Virus record (IMG/VR): IMGVR_UViG_3300022741_000079
Location: 1 to 34,894 of that record
Source of the DNA: a virus
Lineage: Duplodnaviria > Caudoviricetes
Reading direction: 5' to 3' (one strand)
Length of the DNA: 34,894 nucleotides
Made by a program: the position numbers and the translations under genes. The notes beneath the pieces were generated by a model that saw only the letters and a list, made by a program, of their open reading frames with translations, ran no database searches and was not told where the DNA came from. This document shows positions 8,776 through 17,321 of this stretch, piece after piece; positions within the stretch are counted from its first letter, which is position 1; every line of letters begins with the position of its first letter.

Positions 8776-10397
8776 TCGGCACCCGCCATGGCCTGCTCGG
8801 CCTTGCCGACCTGTTCGGCCACGCCAGCCGCGCCGCCGACGGCCGCCATGGTTTCCTGCATGGCCTGCATCTGGGCGTCCTGCTGGGCCAAGGCCTCGAC
8901 TTCCTCTTCGCTGGCCAGCCACTCCTGCGGCACACGCGCGCCCAGAACATCCCGCACCGCGATGCGCGGCTTGATGATGTGGCGCACCGACGGGTCGAGC
9001 GCCGCGCCGGAAGCGATAACCTGCTGCGCCTCGCCGAAGGCCTGCGCCTTCTGCATCTCGATCGCATCGTGCAGCGGGCTTTCGAAACGGAATTCGATGT
9101 TCGCGCCACGGATGCTATCCGGAATGTCATCGACCGGGCCGAAGGCACCGGCGCGCAGCATGATGTCAAAGGTGCGCTCGCACAGCTGGCCGTTGTATTC
9201 GACCTCCATCGGCTCGAACAGCGGCAGAGCGTTGCGGATATATTCCTGCACGAGCTGGCTGATTTCGTAGGCCGTCCGGTTGCCCGTGTCCGGCAGGTTC
9301 AGCTTGTCGAGAAAGAACATCTCCTTGATGATTTTCCACTGGCGGTCGGCCATCTCCATGCCGAACGGCAGGCCGGAATTGTCGCGGCGCATGGGCGCGA
9401 TGGCGTCTTCCAGACGCTGGTCCTTGTCCAGATCGACCCATGTAATGCCGCCGCGATAAATCTGCATGTCGCCGCGCACAGCCTCTTCGCGGGCCATCAG
9501 CGGCGGTTCGACCGCCATCTCGCCGGCTTCCAGCAGCGTCAGCGTAATCTGCTGGATCAGGCGGGCGTCGGGCATGGCCACGATGGTGGCCGGCGAATAC
9601 GCGTACTGCGAGCCGGAGACCTTCTGCCAGCCGGGGATGAGGTAGAACGGATCGGGCCGGTTGACCTCCTCCATCACATGCTGGTTCTCGACATCCACCC
9701 AGATGGACACCCACGGGTGCTTCCACTTCTTGCCCGTGTCATATTCGTCGGCCGGCACGATGATGTGCCGGACGTTGATTTCCTTGAACGGCTCTTTCTC
9801 GGCGCAGGCCTTGACCTTTGCATGCACCTTGTCCCGGAACTTCCGGACCAGCTCATGCGCCGGCGCCGACCAGTTGCGGTGCACGGCTGCCGTCATGCCG
9901 TACATGTCGTCGCGCCATGCGACGTCCTTCAGGTGGTACAGCTGATAAATCATGCCGTCGGCACTCTCGTTGAGGTCGATCGACATGATGGGCTGACCGA
10001 AGGCCGCAAAATCATGGTCGGCGCCGGACGTCGTCCGCACGAACTGGGAGCGTCGGTCATACATGGCGCGGAACATGACGTCCCGCTTGTCCTGCAGCCA
10101 CAGCTTGGCCCAGTGATCCTCGCGCTCAGGGCGGTCGGTTACGACATGCGCCCACTTCTTGCCCCGCGGGCGAAGCATCGAGGTGAAGGCATTGCCCAGC
10201 TCGCGCCGCGCCAGCACCGGCTGCCCCGTGGTCAGGTGGTCCGCGAACTCCTGCCCGAGCGAGCGCGTGGACGTGAAGAATGCGCGCTCCGGATAGAAGT
10301 TATCGGCGATTTCCTGACACAGGCTGTCGTATGGCCTCTTTTTCGCAAAGAGGGCATCACCTTCCTGCAGCAGATGCTTGACGCGGGAATCGACCAT
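8772..10397 (-). CDS. Portal (head-tail connector, T7 gp8-like)
   Basis: 541 aa; DFAAFGQ, SQYAYSPA, AVEPPLM, RTAYEI, FRFESPL motifs; follows terL. Confidence 0.92.
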   Translation of the reverse strand: MVDSRVKHLLQEGDALFAKKRPYDSLCQEIADNFYPERAFFTSTRSLGQEFADHLTTGQPVLARRELGNAFTSMLRPRGKKWAHVVTDRPEREDHWAKLWLQDKRDVMFRAMYDRRSQFVRTTSGADHDFAAFGQPIMSIDLNESADGMIYQLYHLKDVAWRDDMYGMTAAVHRNWSAPAHELVRKFRDKVHAKVKACAEKEPFKEINVRHIIVPADEYDTGKKWKHPWVSIWVDVENQHVMEEVNRPDPFYLIPGWQKVSGSQYAYSPATIVAMPDARLIQQITLTLLEAGEMAVEPPLMAREEAVRGDMQIYRGGITWVDLDKDQRLEDAIAPMRRDNSGLPFGMEMADRQWKIIKEMFFLDKLNLPDTGNRTAYEISQLVQEYIRNALPLFEPMEVEYNGQLCERTFDIMLRAGAFGPVDDIPDSIRGANIEFRFESPLHDAIEMQKAQAFGEAQQVIASGAALDPSVRHIIKPRIAVRDVLGARVPQEWLASEEEVEALAQQDAQMQAMQETMAAVGGAAGVAEQVGKAEQAMAGAE

Positions 10398-10555
10398 TAA
10401 CCGAAGCGCTCCGCGTTATCGGACAGGATGGTGCTTTCGCGCCCGCTGCGTGTCGTGACCTCGGACACCTTGCGCTTGCGCGCTTTCTTCAGCTCGTCCT
10501 CGTCCGGCATCGGCGTCGGCTTCGGCGCCTTCGGCTTGCTAAAAAGACTTGTCAT
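10397..10555 (-). CDS. Small virion assembly protein (T7 gp6.7/gp7.3-like position), 52 aa
   Basis: Manual translation MTSLFSKPKAPKPTPMPDE...RSGRESTILSD; GGGAG RBS; stop overlaps the portal ATG. Confidence 0.7.
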   Translation of the reverse strand: MTSLFSKPKAPKPTPMPDEDELKKARKRKVSEVTTRSGRESTILSDNAERFG

Positions 10556-10564
10556 AGGAACTCC

Positions 10565-12124
10565 CTATCGTTTGCGGTTTGCATACCCTCGAACTACCTT
10601 CGGCGGCGGGCCGCGACGCGCCAGCGTCTTGCGGAAGGCCACGCCGCCCTCGGACAGGCACATCGTCACGACGTCGCCCTTGTCAGGCGAGCGCCCGATG
10701 CGCTTCTTGATTTCCTTCTTGTCCTCGATCTTGACGATGCCGCGCTCCATGTACTTCGGGTCGAAGCGCACGGCCGTCAGGTCGGCGACCATCTCCGGAT
10801 CGGGCGGCAAAGCAATGCAGGAGCCGCCTTCCTGCGCGGGGTCGAGGGCTTCGCGCGTCCGCCAGTAGGCCTCGGCGCGCTTGTTGAAGAACTTCAGCTT
10901 TGCCCCGTCTGCCGACGTCTCGCCGGAGGTATTACCCCCCTTGAAGTCCACAATCTCGATTTCGTTGTCGCCAAGGCGCAGCTTGGCCCCGCCGCCATAA
11001 CCGCCACCCATGTCGAGGATGACCGGGCAGCTGTCGCGGCGGTTCTCGATGACCATCACGGCGATCGCGCCCCCGTCCGGCGTCTGCGCACCGGGCTTGC
11101 TCACCAGCGGCGGGAAGTATCCGCCGTAGCGCGTGGCCAGAACGGAATTGTCGGCACCGCCCTGCGCGATATCCACCGCCAGCGCCGTCATCGCCACGCC
11201 GGCCGGAATGACCGGCGTCCAGCGTTTCTGCGCCTCGATGACCCACATCGAGGGAATAACCTGACATTGGTCGTCCTGCCGCGCGGCCATGAAGTTGCCG
11301 TCGCGCACCGCGGAGCGTACCGGCTCCGGCAGGGCGTCCAGCTTGGCCTGATACCCCGTGTTGATCAGAAACGGGTTGTCCTTCAGCGCCGCCGGAATGA
11401 ACGTCCGCGACATCGGTATCAGCGTCCGGCCGCCCTGCTCCACAGGGTTCGGGCCGTCCACCTCGAAATCCTTGCCCAGCTCGTCCGTGATGAACCAGCG
11501 CAGCTCCCCCGGCTTCGCCGGCTTGTGGTGCGTCAGGTCCAGCCATGGCCGGAACATGCCAATCAGGTACTGGCCGTCCGACGACAGCGGCGGGTTCGTT
11601 GCCAGCACCGTGCGGGTGCGCTGGCCGGGCTCCGTGGTGCGGACCCAGCCCATCAGGAACCGGATCTGCTGTTCCAGAAACTGCGCCGCCTCGTCGACCC
11701 CGAGGAGGTCGTGGGCTTGGCCCTGTTTCTTTTGCTCGTCGCCCAGATACTGCGCCGCGCCAAACTTGATGACGCGGTTGTCCTGCGTCAGCAGGCGCGG
11801 ATGCGGCGACGACGAAAACCCGTCCCGCGTGCCGTTGAACTTGATCAGCTCCTCGGTCAGCGCCTCAAGGTCGGCATAATGCCGGCGCATGATCAGCGAC
11901 CGCTTGTGTTCGTTCAGCGCCAGCCCCAGCAGCAGGGCAGACTTGCCGCCCCCGCCCTGCCCGCCGTACAGCAGGATGTCGGCCTTGCTGAAATAGGCTT
12001 CCGTCTGGGGGCCGGGCGACGGAATGAACTTCATGTGCGCCGTCGCGGCCATCACATCCGCTTGCAGTTCTTCCCGTTCCTCCGGCGGCAGGTTGTTCAC
12101 CCGCGCCAGAAGGTCATCAAGCAT
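10565..12124 (-). CDS. terL: Terminase large subunit
   Basis: Walker A LYGGQGGGGKS, Walker B LGVDEAAQF, ATNPP, nuclease AVDIAQGGADNSV, GRSPDKGD. ATG 12124 preferred; the ORF extends to TTG 12133. Confidence 0.95.
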   Translation of the reverse strand: MLDDLLARVNNLPPEEREELQADVMAATAHMKFIPSPGPQTEAYFSKADILLYGGQGGGGKSALLLGLALNEHKRSLIMRRHYADLEALTEELIKFNGTRDGFSSSPHPRLLTQDNRVIKFGAAQYLGDEQKKQGQAHDLLGVDEAAQFLEQQIRFLMGWVRTTEPGQRTRTVLATNPPLSSDGQYLIGMFRPWLDLTHHKPAKPGELRWFITDELGKDFEVDGPNPVEQGGRTLIPMSRTFIPAALKDNPFLINTGYQAKLDALPEPVRSAVRDGNFMAARQDDQCQVIPSMWVIEAQKRWTPVIPAGVAMTALAVDIAQGGADNSVLATRYGGYFPPLVSKPGAQTPDGGAIAVMVIENRRDSCPVILDMGGGYGGGAKLRLGDNEIEIVDFKGGNTSGETSADGAKLKFFNKRAEAYWRTREALDPAQEGGSCIALPPDPEMVADLTAVRFDPKYMERGIVKIEDKKEIKKRIGRSPDKGDVVTMCLSEGGVAFRKTLARRGPPPKVVRGYANRKR

Positions 12125-12254
12125 GCTGGCCAAGCGTCACCAGCAGCTTGAGGAATTCGTATCCATTGACCGCTGCGCGCGTATCCGTCCCCGCCCACCA
12201 GTCGTCGGTCCGGAATTCGTGGATACGCGCTTCGCAGCGTTCAACGGTCAGCAT
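12117..12254 (-). CDS. Small hypothetical protein, 45 aa
   Basis: MLTVERCEAR...LGQHA fills the gap exactly and overlaps the terL start. Confidence 0.4.
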   Translation of the reverse strand: MLTVERCEARIHEFRTDDWWAGTDTRAAVNGYEFLKLLVTLGQHA

Positions 12255-12256
12255 GG

Positions 12257-12700
12257 TCAGGCAGCAGCCTGTTCGGTGTCGGTCTGCTGGGTTTCGCCAG
12301 CGTCAGGCGGGTTGTCGGCGTCAGTTGTAGGCGCAGCCTTCAGAATGGAGGCATCCTCGAACCAGCCCTCGCACGGCTCCCCGGTCTCCGGGTCAGTCCA
12401 AGTGCAGCGAACTTTGACCTTGCCTTCATGTTCATCGAACTTGAAGGCATCGACCTTCAGCACCGGACCGCCGCTTTCAAGCTGGACTTCATCGCCGACG
12501 GAAAACGGCGCGACGAACTCAACGCCGCCAGCGCCCTTGTCGCCTTCAATGGCAGCGGCGCAGCCACTGTCATCCGACACAGCGGACGAAACGACCTCGA
12601 CGCTATGCGCATGCGGGCAGGTTTCCAGCCACTTCTGCAGCGCGGTCACGCAGGTGTCGGCGTTTACGGTCAGCACGACCGTCAGTTGTTTTTTGCTCAT
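12257..12700 (-). CDS. YodC/DUF2158-like domain protein
   Basis: FSVGDEVQLESGGPVLKV...VRCTW...GWFEDASIL. Confidence 0.65.
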   Translation of the reverse strand: MSKKQLTVVLTVNADTCVTALQKWLETCPHAHSVEVVSSAVSDDSGCAAAIEGDKGAGGVEFVAPFSVGDEVQLESGGPVLKVDAFKFDEHEGKVKVRCTWTDPETGEPCEGWFEDASILKAAPTTDADNPPDAGETQQTDTEQAAA

Positions 12701-12748
12701 TGGTTCTTGGTTCCTTGGTTATGGTTACTGGCAACCGGCCAGCGCGGC

Positions 12749-13390
12749 TTACTTGTCGCCGAGGTTGACCCAGTGCAGCGTAATCGTGCCGTTCACGATC
12801 AGGTTGGCCGGCGTCGTCGTGACGTCGTGGTCGGCGTCATCGACAAGGAAGTTCAGGTAAAAATCGTTGGCCGTGTCCGTGCCGTCCAGCGTGGCGGCGG
12901 CTGTGGAAACACCCTTCGCCGTGGTCGCGCCGGCCACTGCCTGCGGCGTCGCCGTGCTGGGGATGACGTTCGCCTCGGTCGAGGACAGCGTGTTGTTGTT
13001 CGATGCGGTGACGGTACCGACGGCGAAATCGCCATCAAAGGCATCGTTAACGCCCGCGCTCGACTTCGTGACAGCCAGATTGGCAACAGCGCCGAGGACG
13101 TGCAGCAGGCCGGCAGGCGCGTCGAAGAACTTCAGGCCGCCATACGCGACAACGCCCGCGGCGTCCGCCAGCGGGATGACGACATCGGCGAAGGTCACCA
13201 CGGTCTTGTTCAGCAGGCCGTTGCCGGTGGTTTCAGCGGTCACGCCTGTACCAGCCGCAGCGCCCAGCGCAGCAGAAAGGTCGGCAATCACCTGCGACTG
13301 GCCCGTCAGCGGGTTGCGCAGGATCAGCTCGTCGTTGTTGCCGAGCCCGATGCGGTTGCCGTGCAGGCTGGTCAGGATATCTTTTTTCAT
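12749..13390 (-). CDS. Putative virion structural protein (beta-rich), 213 aa
   Basis: Ala/Thr/Val-rich with strong RBS; C-terminal GTITLHWVNLGD. Confidence 0.6.
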   Translation of the reverse strand: MKKDILTSLHGNRIGLGNNDELILRNPLTGQSQVIADLSAALGAAAGTGVTAETTGNGLLNKTVVTFADVVIPLADAAGVVAYGGLKFFDAPAGLLHVLGAVANLAVTKSSAGVNDAFDGDFAVGTVTASNNNTLSSTEANVIPSTATPQAVAGATTAKGVSTAAATLDGTDTANDFYLNFLVDDADHDVTTTPANLIVNGTITLHWVNLGDK

Positions 13391-13412
13391 TTTGGAAAAC
13401 TCCTATAGGGGG

Positions 13413-13745
13413 TTAAGAACTGTAGAACGATGCCGTGACAAGCGTGGCCGAGGCCGCCGCGACGGCAATCTTGGCAACGCCAGCCACCATGAAGGTGCGG
13501 CTTTCGACAGGCGTGGCGGGATTCACCAGCTCGTTGGCCGTCCCGTCGTCCGTATCCGCCGGAACCGTCGCCGTCGGGTTCGCGCCGAAGGCGACATGGA
13601 ACGGCAGCGTGCCGGACAGCACCACATGCGTGGCGCCGGCAGGCACCGTGATTTGTTCCGAACCCGTCACGGCTGCGCGGGCGCAGACATAATCCGAAGG
13701 GCGGCGCGCACCGCTGCCATCGATCAGCTTTTCAAAAGCTTTCAC
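13413..13745 (-). CDS. Putative small structural protein, 110 aa
   Basis: Overlaps the terS stop; VPAGATHV...FGANPTATVP beta-rich pattern. Confidence 0.6.
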   Translation of the reverse strand: MKAFEKLIDGSGARRPSDYVCARAAVTGSEQITVPAGATHVVLSGTLPFHVAFGANPTATVPADTDDGTANELVNPATPVESRTFMVAGVAKIAVAAASATLVTASFYSS

Positions 13746-14356
13746 TCGTCACTCTCCTGTTGCTTGCAGGCCCGCGCCAGCATGAATGCCGTGCGGCGGG
13801 CCAGTTCTTGGTCAGAAACCTCGGGCATCAACGGCGCGCCGTCCTTGCCCGTGACCTCGTGTTTGATCGGCGCGAACATGCCGAGGTGCTTGGCAATACT
13901 GTCGAGCGCCGCCTTCTTGTCGACGATCTTGTACTTCCGCACCGTCGACAGCACGTCGCGGGTCTCGGGCTTCTCACCCTCGACCTCGACCAGTGCCAGC
14001 TGGCTGTTGACCTCAAGCCCGGCAATCGCCGCCGCCGTGTCGTCGTCCAGCTCCGTGATTTTCTTCGGGTTTCCGTTCTCGTCGAACAGCTTGCGCGGGT
14101 CGAAGAACGCCAGCTTGGCGTATTCCTGCAGCACCCGCTCGCGGGTGATTTCGGTCTTTTTTTCGAGCTTCGCGTGCAGCTGCTGCGTCAGCTCGTGGAT
14201 TCTTTCGGAAACTTTAGCATCGCTTAGCAGCCGCGACGCCGTGACGTGGGCGCTCTTCTCGCTGTAACCGGCGCGTATCGCGGCCTTCGTGCCGTTATGG
14301 TCTTGCAGGTATTCGCGGGCAAAACGCTCGCGCTTGTCATCCTTCAGCGGCGGCAT
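13742..14356 (-). CDS. terS: Terminase small subunit
   Basis: KRERFAREYLQDHNGTKAAIRAGYSEKSAHVTASRLL...ERVLQEYAKLAF...DKKAALDSIAKHLGMF; ATG 14356. Confidence 0.92.
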   Translation of the reverse strand: MPPLKDDKRERFAREYLQDHNGTKAAIRAGYSEKSAHVTASRLLSDAKVSERIHELTQQLHAKLEKKTEITRERVLQEYAKLAFFDPRKLFDENGNPKKITELDDDTAAAIAGLEVNSQLALVEVEGEKPETRDVLSTVRKYKIVDKKAALDSIAKHLGMFAPIKHEVTGKDGAPLMPEVSDQELARRTAFMLARACKQQESDE

Positions 14357-14532
14357 GGACGGCCTACGCCGTTTCTCGCGCGAATGGCGCGCAAGTCGGC
14401 GCCCTTGTACTTGTTTCTGCATCCCCAGCGGTCACTGGTGACCTTGGGGAAATAAACCGGCACATGCGTGAACGACAGCAAGGAGGCGAAGCGCTCGGAC
14501 AGTCGGCGGTACATCGTGGGCTTGGGGTCCAT
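14344..14532 (-). CDS. Small hypothetical protein, 62 aa
   Basis: AAGGA RBS before ATG 14532; overlaps the terS start. Confidence 0.45.
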   Translation of the reverse strand: MDPKPTMYRRLSERFASLLSFTHVPVYFPKVTSDRWGCRNKYKGADLRAIRARNGVGRPCRR

Positions 14533-14544
14533 GGGGGTTCCTTG

Positions 14545-14580
14545 AAAAGAAAACGCCCGCGGGCCGTGAAGCCTGCGGGC
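14545..14580 (-). terminator. Intrinsic terminator at the head of the late operon
   Basis: Minus strand GCCCGCAGG...CCCGCGGGC followed by GTTTTCTTTT. Confidence 0.55.
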
Positions 14581-14696
14581 GCAAGTGTGTAACAAGAGGA
14601 GGGTGTCAAGAGGAGCGCCAGCCCCGGCGAGGCAGCCTTCAGGGGGACAGCACGCCGGAGCTGGCCGCGCTGCAGCGAACCCACCTCCGCAGCGCG

Positions 14697-14730
14697 AAAA
14701 GCAAAAGCCCCGATCCTTTCGAACCGGGGC
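14697..14730 (-). terminator. Intrinsic terminator ending the replication operon
   Basis: Minus strand GCCCCGGTT...GATCGGGGC followed by TTTTGCTTTT. Confidence 0.7.
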
Positions 14731-14779
14731 CTTGGAAACCTTGTGAAGCGGGCATAGCTCCGCCATCACGAGAACCACG

Positions 14780-15148
14780 CTATTTCAAATCATCGGAACG
14801 GTCAACAGGTTTTTTCGGCAAGCCCAGTTTTGCACGGACCTCATCGTCCAACTGGCGCTGCCACGCTTTTTCTGGGTTATGAAACTCCGTATACCCGTGG
14901 CGCGATGGCCTTACTGCCTCTATGCGCGCTTCGTACTTCGTCAGACCGAGCGTCTCCGGAACGATCATATACTCGCCGGGTTCGCGCGGCGCGCAGCGTT
15001 TCGACAAGGCCGCCACATTCGCGACCATGCCCGCGCGACGACAGCGCCAGAAATCCTCCCAGTCCACCGCCTGCGCGAACGGCAAGTTCGCCTTGTCGCG
15101 GATGCCGTGCACCTGCAGCGGCGTACGGATTGAGGTCAGGTTAATCAC
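14780..15148 (-). CDS. Hypothetical protein
   Basis: 122 aa, coupled to the upstream gene. Confidence 0.55.
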   Translation of the reverse strand: MINLTSIRTPLQVHGIRDKANLPFAQAVDWEDFWRCRRAGMVANVAALSKRCAPREPGEYMIVPETLGLTKYEARIEAVRPSRHGYTEFHNPEKAWQRQLDDEVRAKLGLPKKPVDRSDDLK

Positions 15149-15275
15149 GCAGAGCCACCACGACAGCGATGAAGGTAGAAAACGCCAAGGCCACCGCCGA
15201 TGTTGGAGAGTAAAACAGCATCACCGAGAACAAACCGCAGCAGACGATAGGCATCAGTTCGCGCAATAACCTCAT
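15141..15275 (-). CDS. Small hydrophobic membrane protein, 44 aa
   Basis: MRLLRELMPIVCCGLFSVMLFYSPTSAVALAFSTFIAVVVALRD; ATGA overlap with the upstream gene. Confidence 0.5.
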   Translation of the reverse strand: MRLLRELMPIVCCGLFSVMLFYSPTSAVALAFSTFIAVVVALRD

Positions 15276-15898
15276 GCTCTCTCTCCCCAAACATCCGCAT
15301 GCGCCCGCTCCATCGCATCCGACAGGGCGTCGAGCGCATCCAGAACAGCCGGGCAGACCAGACGGAAGGCCGTGATATGCGCATCCACAAGACTCTGCTG
15401 CATATCCCGCCGCGCCTTGATGCGCAGCCATTCGGCCAGATCGTCCGCGCTCTCGGGCTTCTTGCCGAGCGACACAGGTGCCGGCGGCGGCATCGCGTCG
15501 ATGCAGTAATCCGCCAGCAGCTTGAAACGGCGGCCGAGGTACTGCGTGACCTTCAGCCATTCCGTCTGCAGCTTGTCCATCGTGGTGCCGATGTCGCCCT
15601 CGTAGGTCGGGCCTTCACCGGCCTGACCGCCGCGCGCCGCATCGCGGACGTTCGACTTCTGCGACGGATGCGTGCGGACATACAGCTCGAAGAACGCCAG
15701 CCCGTCATCATGCCGGCGCGACGCCTGCGGCTCCGGCCCCAGCAGGCCGACGTCGTGCAGAAAGTCCAGATAGCAGTGCCAGGCATCAACCTGTCCCACG
15801 CTCACCACGTTCCCGCCCGCGCTCACTTCGCGCGGCTTCAAAAGAACCTTGCCCTTGCCCGCACGCTCCGGCGTGGCCAGTTTGATTTCATCCGTCAT
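15272..15898 (-). CDS. Hypothetical protein, possible late-gene regulator (Q-like position)
   Basis: GGAGG RBS; 208 aa; near the end of the replication operon. Function inferred from position only. Confidence 0.55.
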   Translation of the reverse strand: MTDEIKLATPERAGKGKVLLKPREVSAGGNVVSVGQVDAWHCYLDFLHDVGLLGPEPQASRRHDDGLAFFELYVRTHPSQKSNVRDAARGGQAGEGPTYEGDIGTTMDKLQTEWLKVTQYLGRRFKLLADYCIDAMPPPAPVSLGKKPESADDLAEWLRIKARRDMQQSLVDAHITAFRLVCPAVLDALDALSDAMERAHADVWGERA

Positions 15899-16244
15899 GA
15901 CGTTCCTCCCCTGAATGTCGAAGCACATGCGCAAGGCGTGCCGCCGCCGCGGCGTTCGGCGTGGCATGCGGCGCCTTCATCGGCTGCGCATAGCGCGGCC
16001 CCTCGATCTCGACCGGCCCCAGTACCATGCGCAGATACGGCTTGAAGGCCGCGGCCCGCTCGACCAGCTCCGGATTGTGGAAGCTCAAAACCACCGTGCC
16101 GGTTTTGTGGTTCATGGCGTAAATCGCGTGACGGAAGATGCCGATCACCGCCATCGGCGGGATATGCTCCGCGAGCGCGAGATGCCAGCCCTTCGGCTTC
16201 CATCCGTACCCGAGCGCCAGACGTGTCAATGCCACCGCCGTCAT
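15888..16244 (-). CDS. Hypothetical protein
   Basis: MTAVALTRL...; ATGA overlap, GAGG RBS. Confidence 0.55.
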   Translation of the reverse strand: MTAVALTRLALGYGWKPKGWHLALAEHIPPMAVIGIFRHAIYAMNHKTGTVVLSFHNPELVERAAAFKPYLRMVLGPVEIEGPRYAQPMKAPHATPNAAAAARLAHVLRHSGEERHDG

Positions 16245-16462
16245 GCTGCCACCTCGTGGTAAAGCCCGCACGCGCGGCACAGCACCGCGCCCACAGCCTG
16301 CGCATCGTCGACAGCCAGATAACCGCGACGCCCGCAGCTGCTGACATCCGCGGGAATGTATGCAACGACCTGCTTCTTAACCGGCTCTCCGGTCACGGCA
16401 GCTTTGCGCTTGCGCTGAATGGACGCGACCTGCCCGCCCAAAAACTTGCTGGATTGTTTCAT
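16241..16462 (-). CDS. Small Cys-containing hypothetical protein
   Basis: MKQSSKF...SCGRRG...LCRACG; GGAG RBS. Confidence 0.55.
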   Translation of the reverse strand: MKQSSKFLGGQVASIQRKRKAAVTGEPVKKQVVAYIPADVSSCGRRGYLAVDDAQAVGAVLCRACGLYHEVAA

Positions 16463-16467
16463 CGCGC

Positions 16468-16626
16468 TCACTCCTGCAGCCAAAGACCGACCATGCCCGC
16501 GACGAGCGACGAGATGGACGTGTCCTGTTCCTTGGCGATGCGGTCAAGTTCCTGCGCGGTCTTCTGGTCGAACGCAATCGCGATGCGTTTCACGCTGGTC
16601 TGCGTCTGATTCCTTCCCCTTGGCAT
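16468..16626 (-). CDS. Ribbon-helix-helix (CopG-like) DNA-binding protein, 52 aa
   Basis: Manual translation ...VKRIAIAFDQKTAQELDRIAKEQDTSISSLVAGMV; GGGAG RBS. Confidence 0.7.
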   Translation of the reverse strand: MPRGRNQTQTSVKRIAIAFDQKTAQELDRIAKEQDTSISSLVAGMVGLWLQE

Positions 16627-16777
16627 GTTCGATCTCCCTTTTCAGTTGCTCCGTTGTTTTGCGGCGCTGTTCATCCAGCGCTCTTCTGTAACCCCTCGTA
16701 TCCATCCGGTCTCTGGCCAGCGTCAGCGGCGTCAGCCGCTCGATCCTGATCATCCAGCGCCAGATGCGAATTCTCAT
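16544..16777 (-). CDS. Hypothetical protein
   Basis: GGAGG RBS and ATGA overlap with the upstream gene; 3' end overlaps the RHH gene. Confidence 0.4.
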   Translation of the reverse strand: MRIRIWRWMIRIERLTPLTLARDRMDTRGYRRALDEQRRKTTEQLKREIEHAKGKESDADQRETHRDCVRPEDRAGT

Positions 16778-17043
16778 TCCTCCGGCTCCCCCAGCATGCG
16801 CTTCACGCTTTGCCGCGCCGGATCGTCGCCCTCGGCCCGCTTGCGCGCGAAGTGGTTCAGCGCATCGCCGACCGCCTTGCCCTTGGCCAGCAGGTCATGC
16901 TTGCGCAGCGCGGCCTCGATGCCGTCGCGCAAATCGTCCGGCAGCGCGAACCAGTGACGGAAGCAGAACACATTCGCCTTCGGGATGCTGTTGCTGCACC
17001 CGGGCGCGGGGCAGTCCTTCCAGTGCTTGCGCGCTTTACCCAT
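16774..17043 (-). CDS. Small zinc-finger protein, 89 aa
   Basis: CPAPGC...FCFRHWFALP motif; GGAGG RBS. Confidence 0.65.
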   Translation of the reverse strand: MGKARKHWKDCPAPGCSNSIPKANVFCFRHWFALPDDLRDGIEAALRKHDLLAKGKAVGDALNHFARKRAEGDDPARQSVKRMLGEPEE

Positions 17044-17321
17044 CAGCCCCTCCTGACCATGCTGAAACCTTCGGACTGCAGGAAATCGCGAAACGCGGCC
17101 AGCTTGGCCCGCACGAATTCCTCGGCGCTCCGGTCGCCCTTCTCCGCGTTGCACTGCAGGCAGGCCGCAACCGCGTTGCCTTGCCCGAGCGTCCCGCCCT
17201 TCGACTTCGGCACCACGTGGTCGAGCGTCGCGCTGCGCAGCGGACGGCCGCACCAGAAGCACAGGCCGAACTGTTTCTGCACCAGCCGGTACCGCAGAGC
17301 TTTTTTGCCCTTCGCTTTCAC
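17043..17321 (-). CDS. HNH endonuclease
   Basis: CFWCG...TLDHVVPKSKGG...NAVAACLQCNAEKG; GTG start overlapping the initiator stop. Confidence 0.85.
   Translation of the reverse strand: MKAKGKKALRYRLVQKQFGLCFWCGRPLRSATLDHVVPKSKGGTLGQGNAVAACLQCNAEKGDRSAEEFVRAKLAAFRDFLQSEGFSMVRRG

Noticed and set aside
217-14267. Many long plus-strand ORFs (e.g. 217-1569, 1539-3215, 8979-10400, 12867-14267)
   Set aside because: Antisense shadows of well-supported minus-strand virion genes in GC-rich DNA; no motifs or RBS.
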